DNA of 64,000 nt from Amoebidium appalachense (taxonomy: Eukaryota; Protista; Ichthyosporea), in contig CAVNZM010000015.1 in assembly GCA_963693365.1 (NCBI GenBank), positions 3,286,001 to 3,350,000 on the forward strand. The letters run 5' to 3'. Shown piece by piece: positions 34,274 through 47,493 of this stretch. Made by a program: the position numbers and the translations under genes. The first letter of the stretch is position 1. Each line of letters begins with the position of its first letter. The notes under the pieces were generated by a model. That model ran no database searches and was not told where the DNA came from. It worked only from the letters and a program-made list of their open reading frames with translations.

Positions 34274-34629
34274 GTAACGACTACAAAAAGTTTGGTGGGT
34301 GGAAAAGAGACTCCGGCCATGGTCACGCGCACATGCGGGGAGAAGGGGGGAGGGGGGGGGGGGGGGGGGGGGGGGGGAGGAAGAGGGGGGGGGGGGAGGG
34401 GGGAGAGGGGGGGGGGGGGGGGGGGAAAGGGACCCAAGACCCCACTCGTCCATGAGGTGGGTCCCCTTGGGCCCCCTGGGCCCCGGGGGGGGGGGGGGGG
34501 GGGGGGGGGGGGACCCACCCACCTCCCGGAGGGGGTGGCTACCGCCTCCCTCCGGAGGGGGGCATCACCAGGAGGGACGTCGATATTTACTACTCCCCCT
34601 TTGGGAAGGGACTGACCTGGGCGAGCGGG

Positions 34630-34684
<55 letters not shown>

Positions 34685-34755
34685 CCGCCGCCGTGTGTGC
34701 GCGTGATCATGGCCGGAGTCTCTTTTCCACCCACCAAACTTTTTGTAGTCGTTAC
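34274..34755. repeat. 65-bp inverted repeat pair (34274-34338 / 34691-34755)
   Basis: gtaacgactacaaaaagtttggtgggtggaaaagagactccggccatg.tcacgcgcaca..cgg and its reverse complement, 3 mismatches. A third, diverged direct copy lies at about 38893-38955. Confidence 0.9.
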
Positions 34756-34804
34756 TTTTTTTTTTTTTTTTTTTTCCCTGGCCTCTTCCCCCCTTCCCCT
34801 TTCC

Positions 34805-34842
<38 letters not shown>

Positions 34843-34899
34843 ACACACACACAGACACCAAACACACTATCAGACACACACACACACACACACACATAC

Positions 34900-35222
34900 A
34901 AACACATGCAACCGTTACGGTCAACTCTTAAAGTTTGAATTATTGGGGGCAAGGTTATCGCCGACTCACCGTGCAATGTTCGTGTGCGTATCTGTGTGGC
35001 GGGGAACTTCATGTGTGTGTGGTGTGGGTGAGTGTATCTGCATCTGCCAGTTCAAGCATACTATGTCAGGTGCTCATCGCTGGTCAAAATTTGTGCACCT
35101 CGCTCAGGTGCGTGTGTGAAAGTATGTGTGTGCAGGTACGTGTGAATTAAAGATGTGTGAAAGTGTCACAGCGCGTGTCGGTGTGCACGCGCAGTGGGAC
35201 GACTGGAAACGAGTGCGAGAGA

Positions 35223-35270
<48 letters not shown>

Positions 35271-35735
35271 GGGGCAGGACAGAGGCCCGAGGGGCGGGGA
35301 GGAGTATGGCCTGAGCTTCAGGTAATCAATGACTCCTATTAGTTACCCTCGTATTTTTGGGTTTTGGGAAATGTATGTATGTTAACTCATGCTGCTAGAT
35401 TATAATATTAGTACTATTACTATTACATGATCTGATGTAGTAACCATGATGGCAGCATATTGGGTTGGGCAGGCCCCACCCTTCCCCCCGGGCCCCTCCC
35501 CTCTCTGGGGCCGGTGGCCCGGGGCCCGAGTCTCCCAGCCGGCGGCTCGAGGTCTACGTCAAATCTCTCTGCTCCACCTCCCCCCCTCCCCCCCCCTCCC
35601 CTTCTCCACCCCCTTCCTCCGCCTCCTCCCCCCACCCTCCTCTCCCCCCTGCCCCCCCGGGGAGTCCCACCAACCCTCCTTTCTCCTTCCCCCCAGATCC
35701 TCTCCCTCTTCGCCGAGGCCCTTCGATCCCCCCCC

Positions 35736-35766
<31 letters not shown>

Positions 35767-36798
35767 ACACACACACGTCTCAAGCAGAGTCCCCCCAGGC
35801 ACCCGTGGCCCCATGTGTTGATTGTGCACTTGCACCAGTCGGAGGAGAGCCGCTTCCAGTAAGTGTGTCTTGGATTAATCCAGGATACCCACCGGCGTGG
35901 CTGGAGTGAATACCCTGGGCAAAGTGTGTGCAGATAGTTAGGATTGCTTTAAGGTGTGTTAGCTTAGCAAAAAATTTAATGTGTAAACCAGAAATATTCT
36001 GGTAGAACTGAATTATTCTGCAAAACCAAAGCAGCATCAATGTTTTTCTGTTATTGGCAAAATTATTCTGCTTCGAGCAGCTGAGAATTATTCAGCTAAA
36101 AATTTAGCAGAATCACGCTTGGGCAAAACATGCCATCTTTCCGCCTTGTCAAGCAGAACAGTTCTGCTTACGGCAGCACAATTGACTTGCTCTCAGCACA
36201 ATAAATTTGCTTCTGGCAGAAGTATTCTGCTAGAGGCAGATTATCCTGCTAAAAATGTTATGGTAATTCTGCAAAATCCAGAAAGATTATGCTATTAGCA
36301 ATAATAGTCCACAAAAGAAGAATCATTCTGCGAGAAATCATTTTGTAAAGCAGAAGTATTCTGCAATAGAAAAGTTATTATGCAGCAGAATTATTCGGCT
36401 TGAGCAGAATCGTTTCCTTTAGCGAAATCATCCCGCAAAAACAAGAATATGGCCGTGTATTATTAATGAATCATTTTCTGCTCACCACGCAGGCAAAACG
36501 TTAAAACCTCCTTGCACAAAGGTTCCAACCAGCATATTTCTACTTCAAGCAGAATTAATTTTACATATTTCGCAAAAATAACAGAACAAATATGCCTTTA
36601 TAATATGCAGGATACTCAGCATGATTCTGCTACTAATTCTGCTTTTGGCAGGACCGTTCTGCTCGGAGCAAATTGACTATACCGATGTGGTTGGGAACCC
36701 TCGTGATCGGTCACCGGGTGGTGGTGGTCGTGGGAGACTCCGACTGAAGTTTTTTTTTTTTTTTTTTTTTGGGTGGGGGCGGGCGGTCAGGCGGGTGG

Positions 36799-36858
<60 letters not shown>

Positions 36859-36939
36859 GGGTAAACCCAGGCAGATGGTGCAATGCGTTGCCCGTCACGT
36901 TACTATGTGTGGACTCGTGCATACACAACCCCTCCCCCC

Positions 36940-36970
<31 letters not shown>

Positions 36971-37377
36971 AAAAAAAAAGAAAAAAAACTTGATTGCAAA
37001 AAAGAAACAAAAATGCGGAATTTCAAATCCGAAAGCAGCACAGTTACTTGATTGATCATTTCAATTTTTGGCTGGCCGTATGGGATTTAAGGCTTAATTT
37101 ACCATCTTGAAATATTTGAACCCATTTACCAAACAGTGACAGCCTGATACTGTGATAATAATGCGGACGTCACACCCAGCAGTGCTGCAGCTTGAAAAAA
37201 AGCCTATGATCATCTGAGTCTCAGACTGCTCACCGCGTGCCTTGCCTCGATGTGTGTACGTGTGTGTGTGTGTGGGTGGGTGGGTGGATGTGGGTGTGCA
37301 TGGGTGTTTTTTCCGTGATTTACATTTGCGCACGTGTCACAGTGTGTGTGTGTGTGTGTGTGTGTGAGAGTGAGTGA

Positions 37378-37419
<42 letters not shown>

Positions 37420-38255
37420 ACGCGCGCGTGCGCGTGCGTGCGCACCTCACTGAGTAGATTAGAGTAAGGGATTCTTGATTTTGAAACAGGGAGGAGGGTA
37501 GTAGTAACTTGGGGGGGATGCGGGAGGGGGGGGGGGGGGAGGGGGGGAGGGGGGGGGGAGGGGGGGGGGGGGGGGGGGAGGGCGGGCAAGAACCACCCAC
37601 CCGCCTTTGGGCAGCGCTGGGTCCCCCCTCCCCCCCTCCGAGGAGAGGAGTTGGGGGGGGGGGGGGGGGGGGGGGAGGGGGGGGGGGAGGTGGGGGGAGG
37701 GGCACCGGCACCCCATGGGCTGCCATCATGACGACTAAATTAGATAACCTGATCATATAATAGTACTATAATTTAGCAGCCTTTTACAGACTCAAGACGT
37801 AAATATTGAGGCCAACTAAATAATGGGAGTCCTTGATCACCTGAAACTCAGGCTATATGCCGTACGGTCACTCTCCCCCCCTCCCCCCTCCCCCCCCCCC
37901 CCCGCCCCGTGCCCCCCTGCCCCCCCCCCCCCCCCCCCCCCCTTTCACTCGTCTCCAGTCGCCCCACGGCGCGACACACGCACACACACACACTTTTACA
38001 TGTACCTAATTCACACGTACCTGCACACGCATGTCCCACACATGCACACGACGGTGCACAAAGTTTGACCAACAGTGAGCGCCCGACATACACATGAACA
38101 TGCAGATACACAAACCCACACCACGCACAAATACATTCCCCGCCACACAGGTACCGTGCGGCACACGAACACTGCACAGTGAGCACGATAGCTTTGTCCC
38201 CGATAATCCATCATTAAGGCCTTTCTTAAGAAAAAGTTGGCCGTTGCATGTGTGT
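34900..38255. mobile_element. long diverged inverted repeats (about 34900-35480 / 37695-38255) enclosing palindromic array block 2; probable non-autonomous transposon complex
   Basis: e.g. tgcaggtacgtgtgaatta vs taattcacacgtacctgca; tggtcaaaatttgtgcacc vs ggtgcacaaagtttgacca; catgatggcagc vs gctgccatcatg; cctgagcttcaggtaatcaa vs ttgatcacctgaaactcagg. No coding capacity seen. Confidence 0.65.
35990..36675. repeat. degenerate array of palindromic motif GCAGAAnnnTTCTGC, block 2
   Basis: e.g. ggcagaagtattctgctagaggcagattatcctgct, agcagaagtattctgcaat, agcagaattattcggct. Confidence 0.8.
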
Positions 38256-38651
38256 GTGTGTGTGTGTGTGTCACGTGTGTGTGTGTGTGTGTCACGTGTG
38301 TGTGTGTGTGTCACGTGTGTGTGTGTGTGTGTGTGGGCGTTGTGTGTGTGTTTCAACGCGCATGTGTGTGCACGTGTGCACGTGCATTAATATTGTACCT
38401 GTGTATATGAGCAGGGTGACTTTTAAAGGGAGGTGGAGGGGGGGGGGGGTGGTAGGGGAGGCTGGGGGGGGGGGGGGGGGGGGGGGGGAGGGTCGTTAGA
38501 AATTACCATTCTATCATACTAGCTCACGGTAGTACATATATACTGCGGACCAAAGCAGACCTTGCAAAGAACACACAAAGATACGGTGCGCATCTGGCTG
38601 AAGAAGAGCACCAGCACAAAGGGGTGGGAAGTGTATGCACGCACATGTGTG

Positions 38652-38690
<39 letters not shown>

Positions 38691-38776
38691 CACGTGTGTG
38701 CGCGCGCGCGTGTGTGTGTATGTGTGGTGTGTTTTGTGGGTGGGTGTTGTAGGGGGGGATGGGAGGGGGGAGGGGG

Positions 38777-38807
<31 letters not shown>

Positions 38808-39354
38808 TTGGGGAGATATGCATCAGTTGAAACGGAAGCAATCTCTCCAAAAGGGGGAAAAAAAAAAAAAAAGAAAAAAAAAAACTTTGAACGGTAACGA
38901 ATACAACCTTTGGTGAGTGGAGTAGAGACTCTAGCCATGATCAAGCACATGCGCAGAGGAGGGGGAGGGGGGAAGGGAGGGGGGGGGGGGGGCCGGGAGG
39001 GGGGGGGGGGGGAGGGGGGGAAACACCCCCCCCCACAGTGACTTGCCCAGGTGCCCCCCCCCTCCTCCTCCCCCAGGGAGGTGGGGGGACCCACCCCGTG
39101 ACCCCTGCCGCTACTATCAAGTTGAGAGGGGGAGCTTGGAGGGGAAGGTCCGACCCACCCACCCGGTCGGAGGGGATGGATACCCCCCCCTCCCCCCCCC
39201 CCCCCCCCCCCTCCCGCGGGGGGAGGGGGGGAAGGGGGTGGGGAGCGGGGGGAGGGAGGGGGGTAATCGCCACGGGCCTTCGATATTTACTACTCCCATC
39301 CGCTACCATTTCAAATTCAGAAATCCCTAACTGGGCTCGGGGGGCCCCGGGGAA

Positions 39355-39406
<52 letters not shown>

Positions 39407-39704
39407 GGGGGGCAGGTAGGGATGGTTCTGTTAATGGTTTAATATTAATATTAACACGGCAGATCATGGTAGTTAAATTTTATTGAATTGAATGGAAGCG
39501 ACGAGGCTGCCCCTCTCGTGCATGTATCATACGTGGCTAACTTCTTGCTCGCTTTTCGAAATTTCAGCACGCCGTTACGGCGGCCACCAGCATCGGAGGC
39601 CGGCGCCCCCAGATGCTATAATATAAGAAACAACAGCAACACTGTTCAGGATATATGTGAACCGGCCGCTGAATAGCTATACGTGCCTTTACGTAAGGCC
39701 CCTC

Positions 39705-39820
39705 ATGATGACTGAAATCTGAATCATTGAGATCATCGTTGGTACTTTGGAAATAGCCTAATTAGTCTATTTATCTCATTTTTTCGGGGACCATAGCCTC
39801 ATGTTCTTAAATTTCCCCGT

Positions 39821-39871
<51 letters not shown>

Positions 39872-39903
39872 TGGTGTGTGTTTGTGTGTGAGGGGTGGGC
39901 GGA

Positions 39904-39934
<31 letters not shown>

Positions 39935-40080
39935 AGATGGGGACTCGGAGGTTGAAATTATTCATGTTCAAAAATCCACCAGGGTTGGTAGGGTCCAATA
40001 TCTTTAACTTTTTTGGAAACTTTGAAGAAAATCAAAGTAGCGCTATTTAAAATTATTCAAATTATCTTTGTATTAATGTA
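39705..40080. mobile_element. short degenerate relative of the 47494-49135 element
   Basis: Left end (gactgaaatc...ttggtacttt..aaatag...ccatagcct..atg.tcttaaa) matches 47503-47590. Right end (atccaccagg.ttg...tagc.ctattta...ttcaaattatctt) matches about 49035-49120. Confidence 0.55.
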
Positions 40081-40176
40081 TGATCGGAGGACTCGAAGCA
40101 CAGACAGCAAGGACAAAGACAGTTACAGTAACCGGTGTCGACGTCATCACCCGGGTGTGCCACCGTGTGTGTGTGT

Positions 40177-40207
<31 letters not shown>

Positions 40208-41240
40208 GGGGGAGGTAGTACAGCAGGGGTACAGGAAAATTTGCAAGTAAACTTTGTTGACCGGCGGTTTCCAATGGAGTATGATGTCAACATGATTAGG
40301 CAGAACTGAGTTTTCGTTCTACAGCGGTAAAATAGTAGTACAACCTTGTTGGTGGTTTAATATTGCGGCAAACCCAAGCGGTGTCCGAGGCACACACGGG
40401 ATCATCAAAGTTTCCGGCAACAATATATTTCATAGGGGATGATCGGGCACTATACTCACTCAAAAGCCTTTTACAATCATCACTGATTCTGCTGCTACTC
40501 ACCGACTCAACAACGTCGTGATCACCACATCGCAGGCTATCAATATCAAGGTCAAGGTACCGTAACCGGCGCAACGCACTGCGCTACACACCGAACCAAT
40601 GCTCAAATAAAAGACGTAAGGATTAATATGATAAAGTCGTCGAGTCATGCCATTGGCATGGCAGACTATCATGATAATTATAAGTCCCACTCGAATAGAG
40701 TTCACTGCTTACTTACAAAGTTCAGCAATTTTCTTCAACTATGTGCACCTCCGAGTTCTAAACATGTTTTAAGTTATGATAGTGTGATCATAGGCTATTA
40801 TCCAACTTTTAAAATTAAGGGGCATCTACTCAGTGAAATCTGCTCGCTAGCGCTCTTATGATAATGATAATGAACACAATCAAAACTTTTGCATACGATA
40901 TGCACACTGAGTCAGTCTGAGGAAAAGAGCCGTAGTACAATGATAATAATACACTCAGCATACTATCATATCAGTAATCGAACCCGACAAAAACGTCTTC
41001 AACTATTATCCACATGTTCTAAAAAGTGCCTATCCTTTGTCACAATTAGGCTAAACTTCAAGAAATTGTAGTCTAAAGTGGCCCGCGGTTGAACCTCTTT
41101 ATTACCTGATGAATTTTGGATTCAAGCTACTACTAATAGTACGTCTGTAACTGCCGCTGAACGATCAGCGTTGACCTTCAACAAAATCTAAACTACAACA
41201 CACACACACACAGATCATTCCCAGCACATGAAATTCAATG

Positions 41241-43212
41241 CTATTCAGACTCTCTACTAGCGGGTTTGGGGGCAATAGGTACGGGTCCCGCACCAAGTCT
41301 TGTTCTTGCTTGGGAATACAACAGCGCAGTTTCAACCATTGCTTCACTTAAACGTCCAACCCGCAGCCCACGTGCCCCGTTACTTGTTTGCTTGGCCTCG
41401 GGGTCGCTACTTGTTGCGTGAATCGAGTTTGTGTTGCTCTGGTCCCGGGGGGTCCGTGCGCGAACAAACTGTTGCAAAATCGTAGCATATGTCCGGGCAG
41501 CGAGATTTGAGCCGTGTGCAGAGCGGTGATGTGTTTGGAGGCTCCTGAATGCTTCGTACCTGTGGGGTTTGGTGGCGTGAGATTGTTGTTGAAACTAATA
41601 ACTCCTCTGGCAGTGATGCCACCAAATTTTTGTGATCGTTATTACAAACAAAACGTTAAGAAATAAAAGTTTTAATAGAAATTTAGAGCAAACCGGTTGA
41701 TGTGGTGGCGGGGACTCTGGAAGGGGGGGGGGGGGGGGGGGGGGGGGGCTTGTTATAGGATACGATGTTAAAGGGTGAGCGGTTTCATGATTCCAAATTT
41801 GTGGCGCATCAAGAACAGTGCAAGTGCTGCCGCTATGTTCCTTACTGAAACAGGCACACAAGCACACACGCACACGGACGCGCACTCAACACATATACAT
41901 AATGATCCACTCCGGCAGTCAAACACACCGTGACTTTGGGACACCCGCACGCATACTCGCGCAAATATACACACATACACCGTTGGACACACACACACAC
42001 ACACAAACACTCGCACGCGCACACGCACACAAAATCAAACACACACACACACACGCCTCTGGTACACACCGTCGTCAAACACAAACATGGTTCTGGCAAA
42101 AAACAATCCTACTACTAGTAGTAGGTGGCACCGATACACACGAACACCCACCTTTTGCCACAGGCTCGAAAAGGGCACAAAAATGGAAGAAGAAGTTCGT
42201 TTTTCTTTCGCCTCACGCGACGATTGCCCATAGGGCCTGCTGCTACAGCACTCCTTGCCCGTGTCTCCTCCGTCTTTGTTCCGTCTTCCCAAAAATGACC
42301 CTCGGAGTCCTTTCCATGATCATCAAACACATCCACGTCAGTACGATACTGGCACGAATCTAATGACAATGTCCTCAATGTGTCGGTGCCATAGGGTGGT
42401 TGATGAAAGTAGAAAGGGGGCGGGGATACACTCCCGACACTGCTCGGCGTGCACGGAGATCTACTAGTAGAGTTTTGATGTTCGTCCCGACTGCCCTCGC
42501 CGGCTAAATATACCGCCTCGGTCAATAAACTGTCGACATCCTTCCAGGTGACCACATCGTTGCCAATAGTAACCGTTTCAGTCTCGGTCAGAGCTTGCGA
42601 CAGGGCCAGTGGGAGGAGGTAATCCTCCGACGGGTAACTGTTGCTGGAATCTCTCGGCGAAGATGTGCATGGTGTTGGCGACGCGTCGAGCTGGCTACTA
42701 GTAACGTCGATGTCGTGTGCATATATGTGGAACGTATTAATATTACTCTGTGTTGAAAAAATTGCCGGGGAACTAAGTCTTTTTATGCTGGACTCTGAGC
42801 CGGCGAATGCCACATTCTGCCAGGCTGATTCAGATGGCAAAGGCGCACTACCCACACGCCGGGTTGACCATGCCGATGGCTCGGCGGCAATGCTGTGAGA
42901 ACTTGCCAAGACTGTAGCAGGAAAACTTTCCAAATCAACATGACGCTGCGGGGCACACAGACCACTGCTATACGTACGAGTAGTACTTCGTGCATTTCCC
43001 CTTATCACCTGCGCTGTGTGTGGCTCCGCATCCGGAGTGTCACTGCCTGCGGCACAAAGCAGGTTGAGAATGAGGGAGTCGATGTCCCCGTGCGCATGGT
43101 CGCGGTGTTGTGGAAATTCGGACATGTGCACCACCACGACGTCAAGGAGTTGGGACTCATCTGGGAGGTCGAGATGGAAGTCGGGTGACGTGCCGCGGTA
43201 GCATGGAGTCAT
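41241..43212 (-). CDS. single C2H2 zinc-finger protein (putative transcription factor), 459 aa
   Basis: Exon 1 43212-42152 ends ...RRVRRKKNELLLPFLCPFRACGK-AG|gtgggt. Exon 2 41559-41241 starts cag|G-YEAFRSLQTHHRSAH...RESE*. The splice creates C-x4-C-x12-H-x4-H with the expected aromatic and Leu positions, a basic NLS-like stretch just upstream and a Ser/acidic-rich N-terminus. Start codon uncertain. Confidence 0.8.
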
Positions 43213-44140
43213 AGTTTGACGGGGAATGGCCGCTCACTCAGAATAAAAAATCAACCTAAATTATTATAGGATTATGCAATCAGTGCCCTTGCAATGCATG
43301 CCTGGTTGCAGTTATTTAAATACTAAGTTGTATATATCAGTGGTAATTTACGGTTGCCAACTACATGACCACATGAGCACCGTGTCACTGATGATGATGG
43401 AAACGATTATAGCCTATCACAGTTGCTGTCGACATTAAACCACGCACCCTTGCGTAGGTTTTCAGTACACATGTGCAAGCGCGTGAAACACCGAAACTGC
43501 AGCACAGGCCTACTCAGTAGTCAAGTCTCAGGAGTAACTAACTGAAATAGGGCTCGAGCTCTGGGGCTCAATATTGTGAGAGCCTGAAGTTCAACTGGGG
43601 CTGCGGTGCGCCTGCGATCAGGGAAGACATTCATTAAAAGTCTGCCACACAGTAAAATCTAAGGGTTACTACTAATGTTCTCTGACAGGGCCTTCAGCAC
43701 CGAGTGACTGCAAAGAAAAGAGTTTAAACTAAATAGCCTTTTAAATTAAGTTAGCCTACGGTACATGTATTACTAACTGAATAGTATGTATACACCAAGT
43801 TGAACTACCACTAGATAGCCAAGGCTTTCAGTGTGAAAATTCAAAACAGCTGCACATGGTACTAGACTAAGTTAGTAATCATTAACTAAATCATACACAG
43901 TCACCGTGTGTTCACTGACTGCTTATACTATGACAGTAGTAATGTTCTATACTAGTACTATATAGGGCTTCTGAATGTTACACATTCGAGATGTGGCTGG
44001 CCCATCTACTTTTGTAGCTGAAGTTGTCGCTGCAGTGGTGTATGTCGATTCTGAGGCCCTGAACGTCGTCGACACCATCGTGTTATGCATTCCGGCAACC
44101 TCATGTCACGCTTGATGGTCTTATCCCCAGTATTTTGGAA

Positions 44141-44592
44141 GGGTAACTTTCAGAGTTACCCATTTTTGCGGAGCTCAGAACTTTTTTCGCCGACGCGCTA
44201 AGGCATAAATTAATTAGTAGAAAAGTTACATTTCATAATGAGGAGCGGCGCCATATATTTTATTTTGGGCGTTTATGTTTATTTTGTTGATGTTTACTAT
44301 GAGCGATCATGAAGGGGTAGCTAGGTTTGCCAGCGTTACCCATCTGGCCCGCAATGTTACCCATCAATTAGTGATTTTGGGCGGCGGCGGCTATGCATCA
44401 TCTGATTCAATTGAACTGCCAAGTCAGACGCACTCAAAAGCTAAACAAAAGTAACACTGTGTTTTCTTGTTGCGCTTTGATAAAGTAGTGAACTTACTGT
44501 CTACATGGAAAATTTCAGCTCCATACGATGATTATAAAGGTACAAAACCCTTGTTCTTTGTCTAGGAAGATGGGTAACATTGAACGTCACCC
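44141..44592. mobile_element. about 450-bp non-autonomous TIR element (GGG...CCC termini)
   Basis: aagggtaactttcagagttacccat vs atgggtaacattgaacgtcaccctt (21/25 reverse-complement match). Two internal gttacccatc copies at about 44336-44365. Right flank TTAA, left flank GGAA. Confidence 0.55.
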
Positions 44593-47493
44593 TTAAGCTT
44601 ACTAATTGAGCGATTTCCCGGGCCAAAAATTCCCGGAATACGAGAAGGGAACCTTTGAACGTCATCCTTCCAGCACTGGGGTTATGAGTTCGTGCACGTG
44701 ACGATCAGCTACTAGCTGCACGGGGAGCTTAGCCCTTTCTACTCTGCGATCCTTGTGGGGTGTGACGTCAGTAGGGGGTCGAGTAAGACTACTATGGAGG
44801 TCCTTGGAGGCCCTAAAGGAATACAAAAATAAATGCCAGCACTGGAATGCGTAAGTGGGGGAATGTGCATTTATCACACTGGATGTGCAGTAAGAGTGTC
44901 CGTGCCACTCAGTGATTGGTGTACGGCCCGACGAATCGGTCACTGGTTCAGTTCCATTTCAATTTCAATACGGTGCCGAAGGTGCCTTAGTCAGCGTCTT
45001 TTCTCGAACGTGGTTACGCGGGTGGTTACTCCAGTAGGAGGGGCGAAATAATTAGTGATATGGGCCACGGCAGTGCAACTGCCAATTCCAAGTTAGCACA
45101 CGATGAATCATCGCAGATCGCACGTTCGATGCGTGTGCACATGTGAGCGTGGGGTGCAGGCTGTCCTCTCAATGCCACGTTGAGTTATTTCAGACTCTCC
45201 GTAGACTTGACACGTACGTGGTATAGCCAATTTAATATATCAGCCAGCTGCCATAATTTCTTTTAATATGTTTACTGGACCAGCAAGACGACACTGAGAC
45301 CCGAATGTTCAATACCCACGATCCCATGATACAGTATCTTTCGCAGGCTTGAGCAGCTGTAGATTCCGACATCATTCTGTAGAATATGTAGCTACCACTC
45401 ACAACGTATTATCATGGCCATACCATCGAAGGTATTTTTTGTTTAGGCTTTTTGTTTGCATGGCTCCGCATTGGCAGACAATAATGACATTCGTTGATTT
45501 TCTGCCGAAGGCCACAGTGTGATGATGACTCAGTTGGCCATAAAGAGGCTATGGTCAATATGGCCCATAACTAAGTGTGAGTCTTATATATTCACAACCC
45601 CTTATCACTGATTCATGCACACACACGCCTGCCATTGAATATCTACGGTACCCAAGGCAACACCCCAATCCCATATATACGCAACACTGCGAGCCACCGC
45701 GCACGACGTGATTGGATAAGTCACGCGTGCCCACAAGTTGAAAAGTTGTGCCCAAAACACATCACGGTATGCATTTCCGACTCTGGCAATAGCGATGATT
45801 GGTCAATTGAGAGCGTAAGTTTTGATTGGATAATTAAACACTATCGGGATTTTGGTCCATATGGATTCAAAAAGCCAATATTCAATTTTCTGCATTATAT
45901 GTTAAAAGTAATTAAGGCCACAAAAGGCTGAGACGGTTTACTTTTGTTCTTAGCAGTACACTTGGGCGAAGCTTTCTACTGCGTCTAATGAACCATATGG
46001 ACCGTGCCCGCCAATTTCCCGAAATCAGCAGATCAGATCAAAGGAATGCGAACAGGAATGTCAGAAATTCCACTTCGTGCACCGCACACGTGCACGGACA
46101 TGCATTCGCATGTACACGCACACGTGCACACACACAGGCCCGAGCCGCGACCCATCAGTAGCCAAGTGACAAACACACACACACGCACGCACAGAACAAA
46201 AAAGTGCATACATGCGCGTAAATTTGAATGTACAACGTGTGCGTAGACGTGTACGCGCCGTCCGACGGTCGGCCGAGTACACGATCAGTACTTGTAAAAA
46301 CGCATGCACGCGCGCGCGCATACACACACATGGCATTGCACAATTTGCTTCAACCGTAAAAGCACGTCGCAGCTGTACCCACTGACACAGACGGCAGATA
46401 CATCAGACAGACATGTATATACACAAACATCATATATGGTAAGTATATACATACTGCAGCATCATACTGTGTACATAGCAGTGTACTATGTACACAGTAT
46501 GTACCGGAACACAGCTCAGGTATGCACTTTGTGGGGGCGTGCAGATCTGGGGGTGCACGGCGTGCACGGCGTGCACGCCCGCACGCGAGGCTGCTCCCTA
46601 TGTGTGGGTACATGGAACTTTGAATTGAGTTCAGGCGCTTTCAGCGCATGAAATGGGCGAGCCTGCAGGCCCATTTCTTAGAAAACGGCAGGTGATACAT
46701 GTTTTATGAATGAACTTCATAACCAACTGTATAAGCAATACGCCGTGCACATGTGTCGATGAAAATGTTTCGACAGCCGGCGCCACCAAGTACGCAAATT
46801 TCACACCCTGAGGAGCTGAGGTCTCTAGCCTGTAGGCCGTCGAAATGATTCCATATGCCCGCTGAGGTGGACCATACGTCATTGCTAATGTAGGTTATGC
46901 CAAATAAATTATTGCCAGTGAATGTGTAGATGCCCTGGAATTGAGCTATTCACGATCATTTCTGCCATTTTGTCACCAAGTGCCAGAGAAAACAAATGTC
47001 CTCAGGCTGTGAACGGCGATCGAGACACAACACCGACCAATCGCTGGGCAAAAGCTGGCACGCGTCGAAATCCGCGCCAATAGGAACACAAAGAATAACT
47101 GCAAGTTGCGTGCGTGCGTGCGATCACGTGGGCGGTGATGGCTTATGTAGAGTCATTTGTAACAGACCGATTCAGTTGACAAAGCTCATGATGATACATG
47201 CATATACTGTCAACTGTACTAGATTCAATTGGGTAACGCTGGGCCCCGGCCGCGGGGTGGCCCCGTTTACACACGATTACATCATTGGCAAAATTCCTAC
47301 AAGAGCGTCTGCGGCCATGCGGCCTCCGACGGTCCAGCGACGCGGACCCGGTGCAGGGCTAAGTTGTGCAGCCAATCAAAATTTGTAAACTGTATGCCAA
47401 ACATACGTTGAAGTTGACGGATGTCGGCTTCACAGTGAGAATGTTAGTGTCTCGTTGGGTATGTTGCTAATATAAAGAAAGAGACAGTATTTA

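Noticed and set aside
33318-36675. CRISPR array or heat-shock elements
   Set aside because: Linkers are only 4-7 nt, repeats are degenerate and no cas genes are present. GAA-TTC spacing is 3 nt, not the 2 nt of an HSE.
40296-40574. 92-aa minus-strand ORF starting RRLRYLDLD (LRR-like)
   Set aside because: A single short motif with no ATG or splice context; cannot be supported without a search.
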